In this document: piece by piece, positions 24,701 to 36,095 of the stretch | Layout of the letters: every line of letters begins with the position of its first letter | How positions within the stretch are numbered: the stretch's first letter is position 1 | NCBI GenBank assembly: GCA_024704765.1 | Contig: JAKMXF010000333.1 | Location: forward strand, 1 to 64,000 | Length of the DNA: 64,000 bases | Source of the DNA: Oopsacas minuta | Taxonomy: Eukaryota; Animalia; Porifera | Direction: 5' to 3' | Notes under the pieces: generated by a model | Told to the model about the DNA's origin: nothing | Databases searched by the model: none | What the model saw: the letters and a program-made list of their open reading frames with translations, nothing else | Position numbers and translations under genes: made by a program

Positions 24701-26073
24701 ATTTGAAAGTTGGAGATCAGCTTAAAGAAGTAGCTGTTGGGATCAGTCACTGTCTGCTATTAACAAAGAACGGATTTATCCTGTCTTGGGGATCAAATGA
24801 ATACGGACAGTGCGGAGTAGGTACTTATTCTCATCAGCAGGAGCCTGAGATACTCCCTATCAATCTAACAGGTGTTAGGTTCATTTCTATAAGTGCTCAC
24901 ATGAATATCAGCGCTGCTATAGACTCTCAGAATAGATGCTTTGTATGGGGGAATATATTTCCTTACTCAGTAACTCCCAGTACTTCTCTAACATCCGAGG
25001 CTACACTGTGTGTATCTCCCTCTGTATGTTCTAACCTACCCTCCCTCATCCATCATATTCAGTCTGAGTGGGATATATCTATCCTATCAGAATCACATAA
25101 TGAAGTTGATGAGTTGAATGAACGCATTTCTGATTTCCCTGACTTCTCCTGTTTAGGCTCTATCTCTTACGGGAGTGAAGCTCTGGAATCTGCTCTGAAG
25201 GAGCTCTACGGCCTCTACTCATCATCTCGTATCAGCAGACTATGTCACTCTATGAACAACCTACAGGCTTCAGCTGTACTGATGGAGATGAGAGGAGACA
25301 TCCCACGAGCTCTTGAGTTCAAATTTAGACATCTTGTCCAGACGACTACTCAACAAGAGTTACTCCCTAGACTAACTGAACTATTGTATATTCATCTAGA
25401 TAGTCTACTCAGTCAGAACCAAGGAGCTCATACTATACGAGCTAGCTTCCTGAATCAAGGTATTCTCCTGATTAGATCTGCTCACAGTATATTCCTAGCA
25501 CACTCTCTCCCTCTTGAGAGTTTAGAAGAAGTGTTTGTATCTCGTATTGAAGGCTTAGCATATCCTCTTTACTTATTTATTAAGGATATAATAGAGAATG
25601 GAGATTCTCCTCCCTTCAGCTTATCATTATGTACACAGATTATTCTAATTACTGCACATAACATAGCGGAGGGACATCCTGACCCTCTGTTAGTACTCTC
25701 CTCTAACGAGCATACCTCTATAACCCGTCCTGTCAATGAGGGCACTATATGGGGACACATAATACACAATCTTACCAAGGATTTGGATAGCAGTGAATCT
25801 TTCCAGATAGATTATAACAGAGTAAAATCATTCTATACCTCAGCAACTGATCATGAGATGGTCCTGTTCTCGTGCGGACACTTCTATTCAGGTCACGAAT
25901 TCAACAAGACAGTACTGCCTAAATTTGAAAATCTCATAAGTCAGAATCTTCCTAGTTTTGGTAAGCAGACGACTCAACGTATTCTACAGCATTACTGGAA
26001 TGAAGATAAGTTTAATATTGGTTGTCCAGCTTGTGTGTTTATCAATTTGCAGCAAATAGCAACAAATAACTGA
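12786..26073 (+). CDS. 10-exon, about 1507-aa protein: WD-like N-terminus, helical middle, RCC1 repeats, C-terminal Cys/His motif (claret/GLO-4-like Rab-GEF candidate)
   Basis: Exons 12786-13081, 14981-15157, 15537-15586, 15668-15823, 15887-16134, 18113-18405, 18464-18810, 19696-19945, 23081-23537 and 23824-26073. All introns are GT-AG, phases match, and the total of 4524 nt is open. The last exon has RCC1 repeats (YAWGDNRCGQLG, VFGDNRYGQLG, SWGSNEYGQCG) and FSCGH...GCPAC. The family name is recall-based and less certain than the structure. Confidence 0.8.
13164..13509 (+). mobile_element. Non-autonomous Helitron-like element
   Basis: A|TCTATACTATTAAA 5' end; GC hairpins (GGGCC-GTA-GGCCC; TGCGGACAC-TAA-GTGTTCGCA) near a CTAG|T 3' end; no TSD. 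Confidence 0.65.
13606..14950 (-). mobile_element. Intact Tc1-like DD37E transposon
   Basis: Perfect 26-bp TIR CAGGGTGTAACGAAAGTGTTGATACC, TA on both sides, and an uninterrupted 356-aa transposase (ATG 14749 to 13679). Motifs WSDES, MQDGAPAH and SPDLNPIE, with 37 residues between the second D and the E. Confidence 0.95.
16613..16789. mobile_element. MITE with TA target site (CAGTAGA...TCTACTG)
   Basis: Inverted ends containing GGATAAGACGTAC and TA flanks; a related end lies at about 8080-8117. Confidence 0.7.
17053..17220 (-). CDS. Possible 55-aa helix-loop-helix miniprotein nested in intron 5
   Basis: MDRQKGNSEDNYLDDAEQAGLDKLRKVLDCKKEEKTEVVLEKAINEIKLLSQQNN*; below the 60-aa cutoff of the ORF track. 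Confidence 0.35.
   Translation of the reverse strand: MDRQKGNSEDNYLDDAEQAGLDKLRKVLDCKKEEKTEVVLEKAINEIKLLSQQNN
18863..19147. mobile_element. pogo/Tigger-like MITE
   Basis: Ends CCGTATTTCTCCGAATAAGCGCC and GGCGCTTATTCGGGGAAATACGG; TA on the left; internal partial repeat of the end at about 19068. Confidence 0.7.
20050..20950 (+). repeat. Diverged direct repeat of about 125 bp (20050-20180 and 20828-20950)
   Basis: Both copies read TAACCGATTA(T/C)GGTC...GATCG(T/C)AATGAAAA...TTTTAACCAATTCCCG... Confidence 0.6.
21180..22502 (-). CDS. Intronless type I membrane protein: signal peptide, SRCR, EGF repeats, S/T stalk, TM, Tyr-motif tail; nested in intron 8 of the RCC1 gene
   Basis: EGDIR...WRYVCDSGWGETEAKITCKQLGY (SRCR); CLNGGVC...CVTGFTGLQC and CQNSGTC...CVFGYSGEFC (EGF); hydrophobic TM; tail motifs YESL, YYQI, YTEM and YVPM. 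Confidence 0.9.
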   Translation of the reverse strand: MEIFCIFILALIMVCNAMVDPCEREGDIRWWRGPVSWRNKENYLQLCTNNSIGEMEWRYVCDSGWGETEAKITCKQLGYIGVTKIYMRDWYEGIELESITDIYCYNQNATRLVECSFNVSVQSCIYVRGLKCEECKRDTDCESPGYCRTETGQCQCTELCLNGGVCRLGACQCVTGFTGLQCENCYNSCRNGSECEEGYYGENCESKECLYECQNSGTCLSNGTCSCVFGYSGEFCEKSRNNTQINSTEPITPTATEKTTTIPSIISSTNTSITWSSKLDNTTDTPYTTPSMGINLLIISGIDMYTAGWIMMALLAVIILVLCCCHFFILVPFLVMKGRERRSRLAIISTHEPFYESLQTVASYYQIQTDHPQNNLSMNWRKSGVSMNTSGDYTEMKLVYDNRDIMGEEVIKKINREMREKKRLLFENSNDLYVPMNPVN

Positions 26074-27739
26074 TAGGTATACTTATTTTACGTGTTTGTA
26101 GATATTTGAGATTTTCTATTGCATTTGTGAAACATTATAATGTATGATGAATTATTTGTTAATAGTAATACCATATATACTTACATAAGTACGAGCTGTT
26201 TCCCTGGCTCACGCTGCGCGGCTTGCGAACACAATGTTCGCATGCAACTCGGCACGAATTTTTCATATGAACAACTATTATTTACACCTGAGCACCTTGA
26301 ATCAGAGCCTTAACAAGAAATTATTATTGAGATTACTCATATTTTATTCCTTTAGTCAATACAATCTGACACGTAATTATTTACAATTATTAAATTTAAA
26401 ATAATTTTAGTTTACTCAGAGTATTTTTCTAAGAAAGTGAAGTCTGCTATTTAGTAGATGTGACTCTATTGATGGACGAAGTATTTAATGAATATCTGTT
26501 CATCTCAGATGGTGACGTCATGACTACATAACCATTTTTCCCTAATTCTTCAACTCGACTATATATCTATACTATCCCCCAGGGCTGATTTTTGGCATAC
26601 AGGGGTATTTGGGCCTGGCTCGGACATTTCGAGTCTTGGACGATAATCCGCACATATGACGAAATTATTACGTCATCGTCAACTTTTTGAGTTTTCGAAA
26701 AATCACAATATTTACCACTGCTCAGCCAATATACATGATAGCAGTTTGAAATTACTCACAGGTACCCTTGTGTGTAGCGCCTGGGGGGGCCTGACCCCCC
26801 AAAATTCTCAGTAGACCCCTCCAAAAATTATTGAATAAATTGATTATTTATGCCAAGAGATAGTGGGAAACTGGATAGATTTTAGAGACTGTCCGCCGCT
26901 AAAATTCCACCAGGCCTCCTCAAAAATCCCGTTGCTGCTATGCCCATGCAAGTAAGCCTTAATGTGACAAATGTCCTGACCTCATGATTTTGACCCAAAG
27001 CTAACTCATCATGGGATTATTACCTCATCATGACTGTACCACAAAACTCAAAATTTTCCAACATTTAATTTCTTAATACCCAAGCGAAGCGCGCTAGCAT
27101 ATGTTAAGATATACAACTAATACCACGTGTCATACATGAAGATTATTGTACATCGAGTAACCTATGCTTCCTTATTTCTAAATAGATAATATAGAACTTA
27201 AGTTTGGTTAGTAAACAGACATTAGCAGATTATATTATGGAATATTACATTTCATTGCTACAGTATTTATCACTCTTTTATCCAAATCAGCAATTCAATC
27301 ATCCGATCATTTTATTGGTGGGAAACAAACCAGAGTGAATTTGGCTGTATGTTTATTATTAAAGAGGTAAAATAAGCTATATAATCCGACAATTTCTGAG
27401 TACGAAACAAATGTAGAATTATACAGGTCGAATTTACATAACTTGATTATCGTTAAATTGTCGGATTCCGGATTATTTAGGTTGTTTTCTATACAAAACG
27501 ATTCGTGAATAGAAATAATGTCGGTTCGGGGAATTCCGGATTACACAGGGGTCGGATTACGGAAGTTCCACTGATGAGAAACTTGAAAATGCAAAATCTG
27601 GTTCAGGGTACATCGTTACCCCATTGTAGTTGTTAAGAACACATGTCTCCACGTATAATTTGAGATTTCAACTATTTGTTTACTTTATATTCATAAAACA
27701 ACTATAAATTTACATATGATTAATTCAAATGGTGGAAAT

Positions 27740-27940
27740 TCAGCACATTCTATATAATTAGTCAAATTTTATTCAATTCTGTTTACTCTCTTGGTATACA
27801 CGATAAATACATAATTAGGCGACATCTCAGTATTGAGAAATTCGAATTCGATACAACTTTCCATAAATCCTTTCCTTGACAACGGACAACACACAAAAAA
27901 ACAAAATGGTCTCTTTGTTTGTTTTTGTCTGTCCATTGTG
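27740..27940 (-). repeat. Dispersed repeat copy (Helitron-like family, also at 42645-42860 and about 56730-56830)
   Basis: Shared core ATGTCGC(A/C)TAA(C/T)TATGTA...TTTATCGTG...AGAATT(C/G)AATAAAA...ACTAA(A/T)TATAT. Confidence 0.7.
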
Positions 27941-28049
27941 TTGGTCATATGCAGCTACGTTTTCGTCTCCTCCACACTTTTTAACCTCAGAAATTTTGGG
28001 GAATCGCAAATGCAATTCTTTTCCTAATTTACAACGGATTTCGAATTCT

Positions 28050-28560
28050 TACTGCTACAGGAAAAACAGCTGCTTTTTTAATCCTCCAATTCTTGGTGAA
28101 TATTAGATTTCATAGTTTCAACTAGTTATACATTTTCCTTTGCTTTCTCAAAGGTTTCTGTGGAACCATCAAGCAACACGCCTTCAGATACGTTAACTGG
28201 CTTCGTATCATGGTTGATATGGTCATTACATCCGCAGCATTCACAAAATGCAATGTCACATTTCGGACAATAAATGAATATTTCTGCGTTGTTATGTTTA
28301 TTGCAGAAAATTACAGGGTTGGGTGGTATTCGGTCTTTCAACCTACTGAAAGCCACTTCTTCCAAGGATTTACTTCGTGTGTAACACGGGACTTAATTTG
28401 GGCGTTCTTGTCGAGTTCACACATGAACTGTTGTCACTGTTCACAATATGCTACACCTTTTCAAACATTATCATCAATTTCCTTGTATGTGCAATTGTGG
28501 AATTGTCTCGTAAGCCCTAAGAGATATGGTTTGTTAATGTAGCATCGATTGTTTCATTCG
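28050..28560 (-). pseudogene. TRIM-like B-box1/B-box2 pseudogene fragment
   Basis: AYCEQ*QQFMCEL (B-box 1 with a stop) and FCNKHNNAEIFIYCPKCDIAFCECCGCNDHINH (B-box 2), with premature stops. Confidence 0.7.
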
Positions 28561-28779
28561 TATGGGTCATGAACCTCACCTCAATTTTTGCAAACTCTTG
28601 TATTGGCTTTGAATCTAACCTACTCTTCAAATATTCTTCAAAGGATACGTGTAGACAGCTTAGAGATTTTGTAGATTTATATGCTTTTTACTGTGCCGAT
28701 TATACTATGGTATAGAGCCCAGTATTGAAATGGTTGCCTATATTTTTGTTTTCTTTAACCGTAGACAATGCACCACCCA

Positions 28780-29125
28780 AACTATAATAGATTAAGGGCT
28801 GATACTTTCAGGATATATGGACAATTACTGTGCGGTGTGCATTGAGGGTCACAATTTTTGATCTGACACAATTTGCCACTTTTGTGCCAGTTAATAATTC
28901 TTCCCATAGGAATTGTATTAGATTTTTGGATACTATAGAATACTACGAACAAAATCCTAGTAGGAGGCTATACACAGCATAGGATGATATTAAATTGATT
29001 CAACTTAGTACACAAACGCTAGACTATGAAAAAATAATTATTGACACAATAGACACAAATTGCGTGCCGTCATAAACCAAGTAAAACTTGAACCGGAATA
29101 ACTCACCCACGATAACAGCTAAAGT
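28780..29125 (+). repeat. Dispersed repeat, related to 44080-44430 and 60880-61200
   Basis: Shared AAACTATAATAG(A/G)(T/A)TAAG(G/T)GCTGA...GACAATTAC...GACACAATAGAC...TAAAACTTGAA. Confidence 0.7.
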
Positions 29126-30644
29126 AATACTTCCAATAGGTGAAATGTAGTATAGATTAGGATAGACACCTTGGCCACTATAACTATGACGTCACCATAG
29201 TGGAGGTGGTGATGACAAAATTTTCAAAAATTGAGATTTCGAAATTCGACAAAACATGAGTCTTTGGACACATTCATAAAATCTTGTATATAAAATTACA
29301 AACTGTGTCGACAGCTTAACCTATCGATTAAATTTGTCTAAAGTGGCACTAGCAATTGGAGGCATTATACAATGAAATTTAACAAAATACACATAGTGGT
29401 TCCAGTTACTAGTGCCCACTCTAAAGAATTTAATCAATAGACAAAGCTGTCGGCACAGGCTGTTACATTATATTTGTTACGATTGAGACAAATATTTTTC
29501 AATTTTATCAGACATTGATTTACTACTTTACTCGTTAATTATGTTACCGCTTTATAGAATAAACCATTAATAAAGCAATTCCAAAACCATTATATTTTAA
29601 ATTAAAACTCGGCTATCTTCATTTCGCATTATGTCATATCTCGGAAATTGTCATAAAAATGTGGTCAGATTTTGGCTCTTTCCCAGATAATATCATAAAA
29701 TTAAGCGCGAATACCAGTTTATTTGATGGAAACACGGGAAAATATACAGTGCATTAGTGAACGGTGTGTACAAAGTCGTACTGAAAACTTAGCATGTACA
29801 AAGTTACTTTCTGTACGTAAATATCGAGATTGTACCAACATCCGACGGTTATTATCCTTGTACCATGAAGGTTTCAGTCCTAATCTATTAATGCTTTGGC
29901 TGTGCACGGGCTACGAAGGAAAATATAAATATAGGCCAGTTGTATAAAACGGGAGCCGCGGCACACTTGTGTAGACATGGGGAATTGTATTTATAAATGT
30001 AATTTCTGTAATTCATTAGTTTTCAAGTAATTGAAAAGTAATCGTAATTGGATGACATAAATGTAATTTCAAATTTGTAATTGTCCCTGAGATTGTAAAT
30101 AGCCGCTAATGTATTTGCACATTGAGGCCAATATTTATACATAAATGGCATATTTCTAGGAAATTTTGACACTGCAGTATTACTAAAGTCGAATTCAATA
30201 TTGACAGGTGTGCTTCATAATTATAGATGAAATGAGTGTGTCATAGATTGAAAACGGTTTAGACACATTGATATAGGCAGTGATATCAATACTGGCCCAT
30301 CTATCATTGTATAGTCAGCACAGAGAACACAAAAATTATGTGCTTCGGAAAGCGGAATGACGTATTGAATATATGTATTGCAATAAACAGTGTAGAGATC
30401 AATTAAGTGAAAACATACAGTCCTATCAAATTGTTCATCACAACAATTCGAGAATTCGATATGATTTTCTGGACAAATAGAGACGTGCCAGAAGACCCAA
30501 TGTAAAGGAATGAATGAAAATCAAGCAAAACAAATATATACGTGATAGGACTAGTTAATATCAATTCAAAACAAAGGATCAATACAAATAATCTAGCTAT
30601 ATCTACAAAGGTAGACTGGAATACAAAGTCCGTTAGAGAAGAAG

Positions 30645-32735
30645 TCATAAACTTTCAAAATCATGGAATTCTATCATTTCCCAATAATATTTATACACGA
30701 TTTGAAAGTTAGGTAATCCTGTTTTGAGAACATCTATAGACTTTGACATATTTTTATTAAAGATACCCAGATTGTTACACTTGAGAGAGTTTGCATACTC
30801 TGCTCCAGCTAAAAGAGTTGCATTTGGATTAGAATTATAGACAACTTTATTAATATATTTCATGTAATCTTTACTTTTGTTATAAGATTGTTTCAATTTA
30901 TGAATCAGATCATCTTTCAGGTTACCACCAATGAAATAGAGACAAAGATTAACATTAGTAAGTCCAGCAGTTTCAACGATTTGTTGTATCAATATGAACA
31001 CATGTTCTGTCTCTACACTCAACTCAAACTCTTTACAAGCAATAGAATTACAATTACTGACTAAAGATATCCAACCAGACTCATAACCGTAGTTAACAAC
31101 AATACCGTTAGCAGTTCCATTACCAACACATACAGCTACACTTTGTGGTGTACAACGGATACATGGGTGTTGATAAGTAAAATGCAATAAATTACTTATC
31201 TTCAATCCTACGGAAGCACAATATAGAGGGTTAACAAGACAAAGCACTGAGGTTGTGCGTGGATATATTTTACAGTCAATATATAATCCATATAATATTT
31301 CTGGCAACAGAGTGATGTCATCAATCGAACCACGTTTAACTACTTGTGTACATTGATTTCCATATCCAGCCAATGCATTTTCCCCACAAAACCAACGATC
31401 ATAATTACCCCTCCTCATGTGTATATCATAAATACCAGATACACGAGCTACTACAGAGCGCATTTCACTGGTGTGAACCACTCCACTCTTATTGAGGACA
31501 TTAGCACATCTAATGTTATAACCACCCATATCGATAACAGCACATCTATCAGCAGATCGCATTCTAATTCTAGCTTTGAAGTTTCCATACCAATCAATTA
31601 CGAGTGGATTAATCGGAGTTTCGCTAAGATAGATATCCACCTTATGACCATGTGACCATCTTCTCTTATACAATTCAAACCACAACCCTCCATCCATCGC
31701 AAGATCATACCAAACCTTACAAACTTCCATACAAATTACAACATCCTTAGCACTCAAGTAGCTGAATATTTTGATATACAATTCGTATGGGAGTGTTAAT
31801 CTTTTCAATTCTCCGTAGTATTCATCACTAACACTACGTTGTGCTGCCATCTGCAAGCTAATAGCTCGTAAATATGTGTCTGTGAATCCTTCCTGATCAC
31901 CAACCTTCTCCAACAGGTTAGACTTACGATACAGAGTCAGGGCTGTGTTATAGGACTCAGATTGTGAGTACTTTAACGGATTGGGTATCATTTGTGTATC
32001 CATTCGACGAAACATCATTTCAGTTCTTAGAAGATACTTGACACCTTTCAATACAGGTGTACCCTCATGGAATGTATCATGATTGAATATCAGACCCATA
32101 CCAACAGATGGTTTAACCTTGTGATAGACATGCTTCCTATCCTTCTCATCTATAAATTTGGTTTCCCCACCTGTGTAATCAGTATTCAGGTATATCAGTA
32201 CTGTGTATACTGATGATTCATCCTCACGAGGTACCCAGGGTCCATCAAAATGAGGTGTGAAGTGTCCTCCACTTGTATATTTCATTATTTTAATACACTC
32301 ATTCAATCTTATTGGTCTCCAAGTACCCTCGTTACCAAATCCGATTGGTCTGATACGGATTACATCGTGACGTGTCAAGAGAGGTTGGATTCTAGCGAAA
32401 ATAGCATCTGCCATCTGATGTGATAGAGTCAGGATTCTGTCATTAACTCTATAATAGGTTGGGAATTTGTTTGATAAATTACCAAAACCAACCTTTTCAC
32501 ATTCTCGGATGAAAAACTTACATTCTTTCGGAGTTAGCAAATGTTTCAGAATGAAGCTATGACAGTTTGGAATGTCTGACAATTCTTTCCTATTGATATT
32601 TGAATGTGTGGCTTTGAGTGACTCACAGAAAGGTAGCGGGATAAAATTCTCCTTCGCTGTCTCCAGCATTGGCTTTGTGGTTATTTCCTTTTCATATTGA
32701 CATTCTTGAAAATTATTAATTAAGGCTGTAGCCAT
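30645..32735 (-). CDS. Intronless 696-aa fusion: prolyl-4-hydroxylase-like 2OG-Fe(II) oxygenase + F-box + truncated actin-like fold
   Basis: PHFDG (HxD), VLIYLNTDYTGGETKF, FHEG (distal His) and GVKYLLR; F-box LPYELYIKIFSYLSAKDVVICMEVCKVW; actin-like AVIDMGG, VVKRGSIDD, GIVVNYG, YFIGG and LLAGA. First ATG at 32735. Confidence 0.85.
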   Translation of the reverse strand: MATALINNFQECQYEKEITTKPMLETAKENFIPLPFCESLKATHSNINRKELSDIPNCHSFILKHLLTPKECKFFIRECEKVGFGNLSNKFPTYYRVNDRILTLSHQMADAIFARIQPLLTRHDVIRIRPIGFGNEGTWRPIRLNECIKIMKYTSGGHFTPHFDGPWVPREDESSVYTVLIYLNTDYTGGETKFIDEKDRKHVYHKVKPSVGMGLIFNHDTFHEGTPVLKGVKYLLRTEMMFRRMDTQMIPNPLKYSQSESYNTALTLYRKSNLLEKVGDQEGFTDTYLRAISLQMAAQRSVSDEYYGELKRLTLPYELYIKIFSYLSAKDVVICMEVCKVWYDLAMDGGLWFELYKRRWSHGHKVDIYLSETPINPLVIDWYGNFKARIRMRSADRCAVIDMGGYNIRCANVLNKSGVVHTSEMRSVVARVSGIYDIHMRRGNYDRWFCGENALAGYGNQCTQVVKRGSIDDITLLPEILYGLYIDCKIYPRTTSVLCLVNPLYCASVGLKISNLLHFTYQHPCIRCTPQSVAVCVGNGTANGIVVNYGYESGWISLVSNCNSIACKEFELSVETEHVFILIQQIVETAGLTNVNLCLYFIGGNLKDDLIHKLKQSYNKSKDYMKYINKVVYNSNPNATLLAGAEYANSLKCNNLGIFNKNMSKSIDVLKTGLPNFQIVYKYYWEMIEFHDFESL

Positions 32736-34368
32736 TTCTAATTGTATTAACAATTCATAAATAATCTATTTAGCTTAATCGGTATACCGGTTAAAATTTG
32801 ACACAACTAGAAAGAATTTTCCTTAGCTAAGCAGGATTTGTTAAAATTGGAGGCCAAAAAATTCTGCTTAATTGAGCCAATTTTGACAATTTTTCTAATT
32901 TATTCATATTAGTGATCATTGCCAACATGATTTCACGGAAGGCACCAATCTATCTTCAAATTCTATATTTTGGGTGGGTATGTCTACACCATACAGTGAT
33001 TATAATCTTTTAGGGGTCTGCGACTGATTAAATTGAGAAACGCTGCTATATCAAGTCGTTAATAGAAATTCCCCGGTTAATTCGAGACAATATGCCTGGA
33101 ACCGATGTGTCCAAATAATGGACTTTACTGTACGAAACAACTGTCTAATATCACTAGTGAATATTTCAGGGATTGTAATTTGGCGAGAGCACCTATAATA
33201 ATATTCATGTATGTATATATATGGTTGTGGGATATTTGATAATTGAGAACTACAATTTTATTTAATTTGGGAAATTAGATACTATACATTTATAACGAGC
33301 TTTTGGCTCTTCGTATTGCGCCTCGAAGTATCCATTATTCTCCAAATTGACGGCCCCTTTGAGAATTATAATATAGATATATTTAGAACTATGTAATTCC
33401 AAAATATACTTATATGGCATATTTATAATTGAATTATTTTGTAAGATCAACCCCCTTTGTAGCGATTGAGCGCAAGTATTTACGTAAATTTTGAGATTTT
33501 GCTAATTTATTTACTTTTATTCATAAAAACAACAATAAATGGTACAATTGCAAAATCTTACACCACCCAACTTTTTTCATGAGGTCAACATCCGTATATG
33601 TACCATTTAAGAACTCGTTGAGAGAAGTTGATAGAGCTAAAGAACTCGAAAATCGGATGAAAATTGACAAAGTTATGAAAATTTACTTCCTAAGCCAAAT
33701 CCTATGGGGAAAATTGTATTACTCACTATAGTCAAATTCTATTGATTATACATTACAACCACTATACAAGAATACGCATACTGTTGACACTGAGGTCATG
33801 CACCCTTGAAACTCTACTCTTTCATGCTCATTCGTTGCTATTCAGTGTATTTCACTGCTGGTAACTCTTGTTACAATTATGCGAACGCCAACGGATGATC
33901 AAGATGTGTTCGTATTAACTGGAATAATATCAATTGAATAAGCTTCAGTGAATCAGTTTTGGAAATTTATTCTATTCAAGGTAAGAACTTCAGATGTACC
34001 GTCTCCAACAGTATACTCATCTCAGTTGGAAGACTTGGACCATATTTCTTACCTTACTGAAGTTCGTAGCTCTTAACAGTTCCTCAATTCAAACCATTGT
34101 GTATACTTAGCAAGGCAGTAGCAAGCAGATTTCAATTGGTTAGACCGTAAGCTGACCATATACGAAATTTATGGAATTTGTGCGTTTGAAACCTGACCAA
34201 CGGGATCGTCTCCTACGGTCTTGTTGTGAATGATAAAATATTATTGCTTTTCTGCAAAGAGTAACATTAACGTAGCTATGCTAGATATCACATTACCATC
34301 TGTAGGCAACACAAGTGTACTGGAGTAGTATAACTAAAATATTAGCGAACTGAATTTCTATCTACTAA

Positions 34369-35665
34369 ATGACATCTAAGCTAGTTCCACTACCTGACAA
34401 CTGAGAAGACCTACTCTATGTTAAGAAAGGTAAATCTATCCATTGTGGGTATAAGAGGGACTATTTAGCTAGGAACCTGACTGGGATGGAGGAAGGATTT
34501 GTTGTTTGTCAGATTTGCTCTGGAATAATGCGGGAAGCTTCTGTGTGGGAAGGCGAGATAACTTGTTTAGTTTGTAGCGAATCTCAAGACTTAAACCCTG
34601 TTAGAATAGTACATAATGCTGTCAATCAATTGGAAGTTAAATGTCCTATCCTCAGAGATTGTACTTGGAATGGGAAATTATCAGAAGCTGAAAACCATTT
34701 AGATAATTGCAATAGCTTTAAATTACAATGTGTAGATTGTGAAGTAACAATTATTAGAGGTGAATATGATAACCATAAAGTGAATACGTGTATTTTACGT
34801 GAAATAAAATGTGAATACTGTTTTAAACAAGGAAAGGCTAAATATCAGGAAATACATAATGAAGTGTGCAATGAGTATCCTATTTCTTGTCCTAATAATT
34901 GTGGAGAAAAGTTTCCAAGAAGTAAATTATCTCAACACAAATCTAAATGTAAATATGAAAAGATTAGCTGTCCCTACACACAGTATGGATGTGAAGCAAA
35001 GTCTATGTTAAGAAGAGATCTCCTAGCTCACAAGAAGGAGTTCTATATAGAACATACAGACATGAGTCTAACTAGAATCAAAATACTAGAGGGTGAGAAT
35101 TCGCACTTGAAGAAGGAACTAAGTGAAATGGCAATGGAGGGAAAGATAATGAAACAACTTGATGGAGTTGAGTGGGAAATAAAGTATGTTTATAAACTAC
35201 CTAATAATGACAAGCTAGTAGGACCGATAGTCTATATTAACAACTACAAACTGGATAGTCTATATTAACAACTACAAACTGAGAATATTTCTCATCAAGG
35301 ACTCAATATTTTATAGAAATAAACTCCAATTCTGTCTAGAAAGGTTGCCTGGAGATTTTGACAGATATTTAGGGAGAGCCTACATAACTCAATACAGAGT
35401 TATTATTATCAATAAACAAGATATAACTAAATCATATTTAGATAATGAAATAATGGATTATGAGCTTTGTATCGGGAAATACAGTGAAAAGTTCGACTTA
35501 TCTCATTACCTTTATGAAGATTGTATTACTGCAGATAATTCCTTGTTTCTGAGATTCTACTTTGAAGTCAATTCTGAAAAGACTATGAAAGAATTGATGT
35601 CCTGTAACCAAGATATAAATAGACCCATCTATCTAAGTCTAAGACGATCTGATCCTTTTTATTAG
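34369..35665 (+). pseudogene. TRAF-like gene (degenerate RING, TRAF zinc fingers, coiled coil, MATH-like), disrupted
   Basis: CQICSGIMRE, CPILRDCTWNGKLSEAENHLDNC, CEYC, CPNNCGE and CPYTQYGC. In-frame TGA at codon 12 from ATG 34369; a 28-bp tandem duplication at 35226-35281 frameshifts the MATH region. Confidence 0.85.
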
Positions 35666-36095
35666 GCCACATTTGGAAAACATATTCCCTTTGGTTAACG
35701 TATTCCCAAACTAATAACAAAACATCATAAGCTTCAATAACATACCTTGAATAGTTCTATTAATGTATCTTGTCTATTCTAGTTAGCTTAATACATCTTT
35801 GGTTTTATTCGCATGTTATCTATAATATTTAATAATTCTTGTTGATCTGTCAATTCATTATCTGAGTAGATAATTTCCGTGTACGTAATACTTTTGATAA
35901 TGTAAAGTTCTGAGGGTTGATACAAGAGTGAGTGACTTGTTACTTTATTAGAGAAGATGCTTTCTCAGACTACAACTAATGAGTAAGAGTAGAGTTATAC
36001 TTCTATCAAATGATTCAACATTCCTACAGAACTATAAGTAACACACAATATTGTAGTATTAGGAATATCTAAATGAATTTGTATGTGATTATTGA

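Noticed and set aside
30403-30648. 81-aa hydrophobic ORF overlapping the oxygenase-F-box-actin stop by ATGA, like a bacterial operon
   Set aside because: Hydrophobic ORFs arise easily in AT-rich 3' UTRs; no motif and no other prokaryotic features (RBS, operon context).
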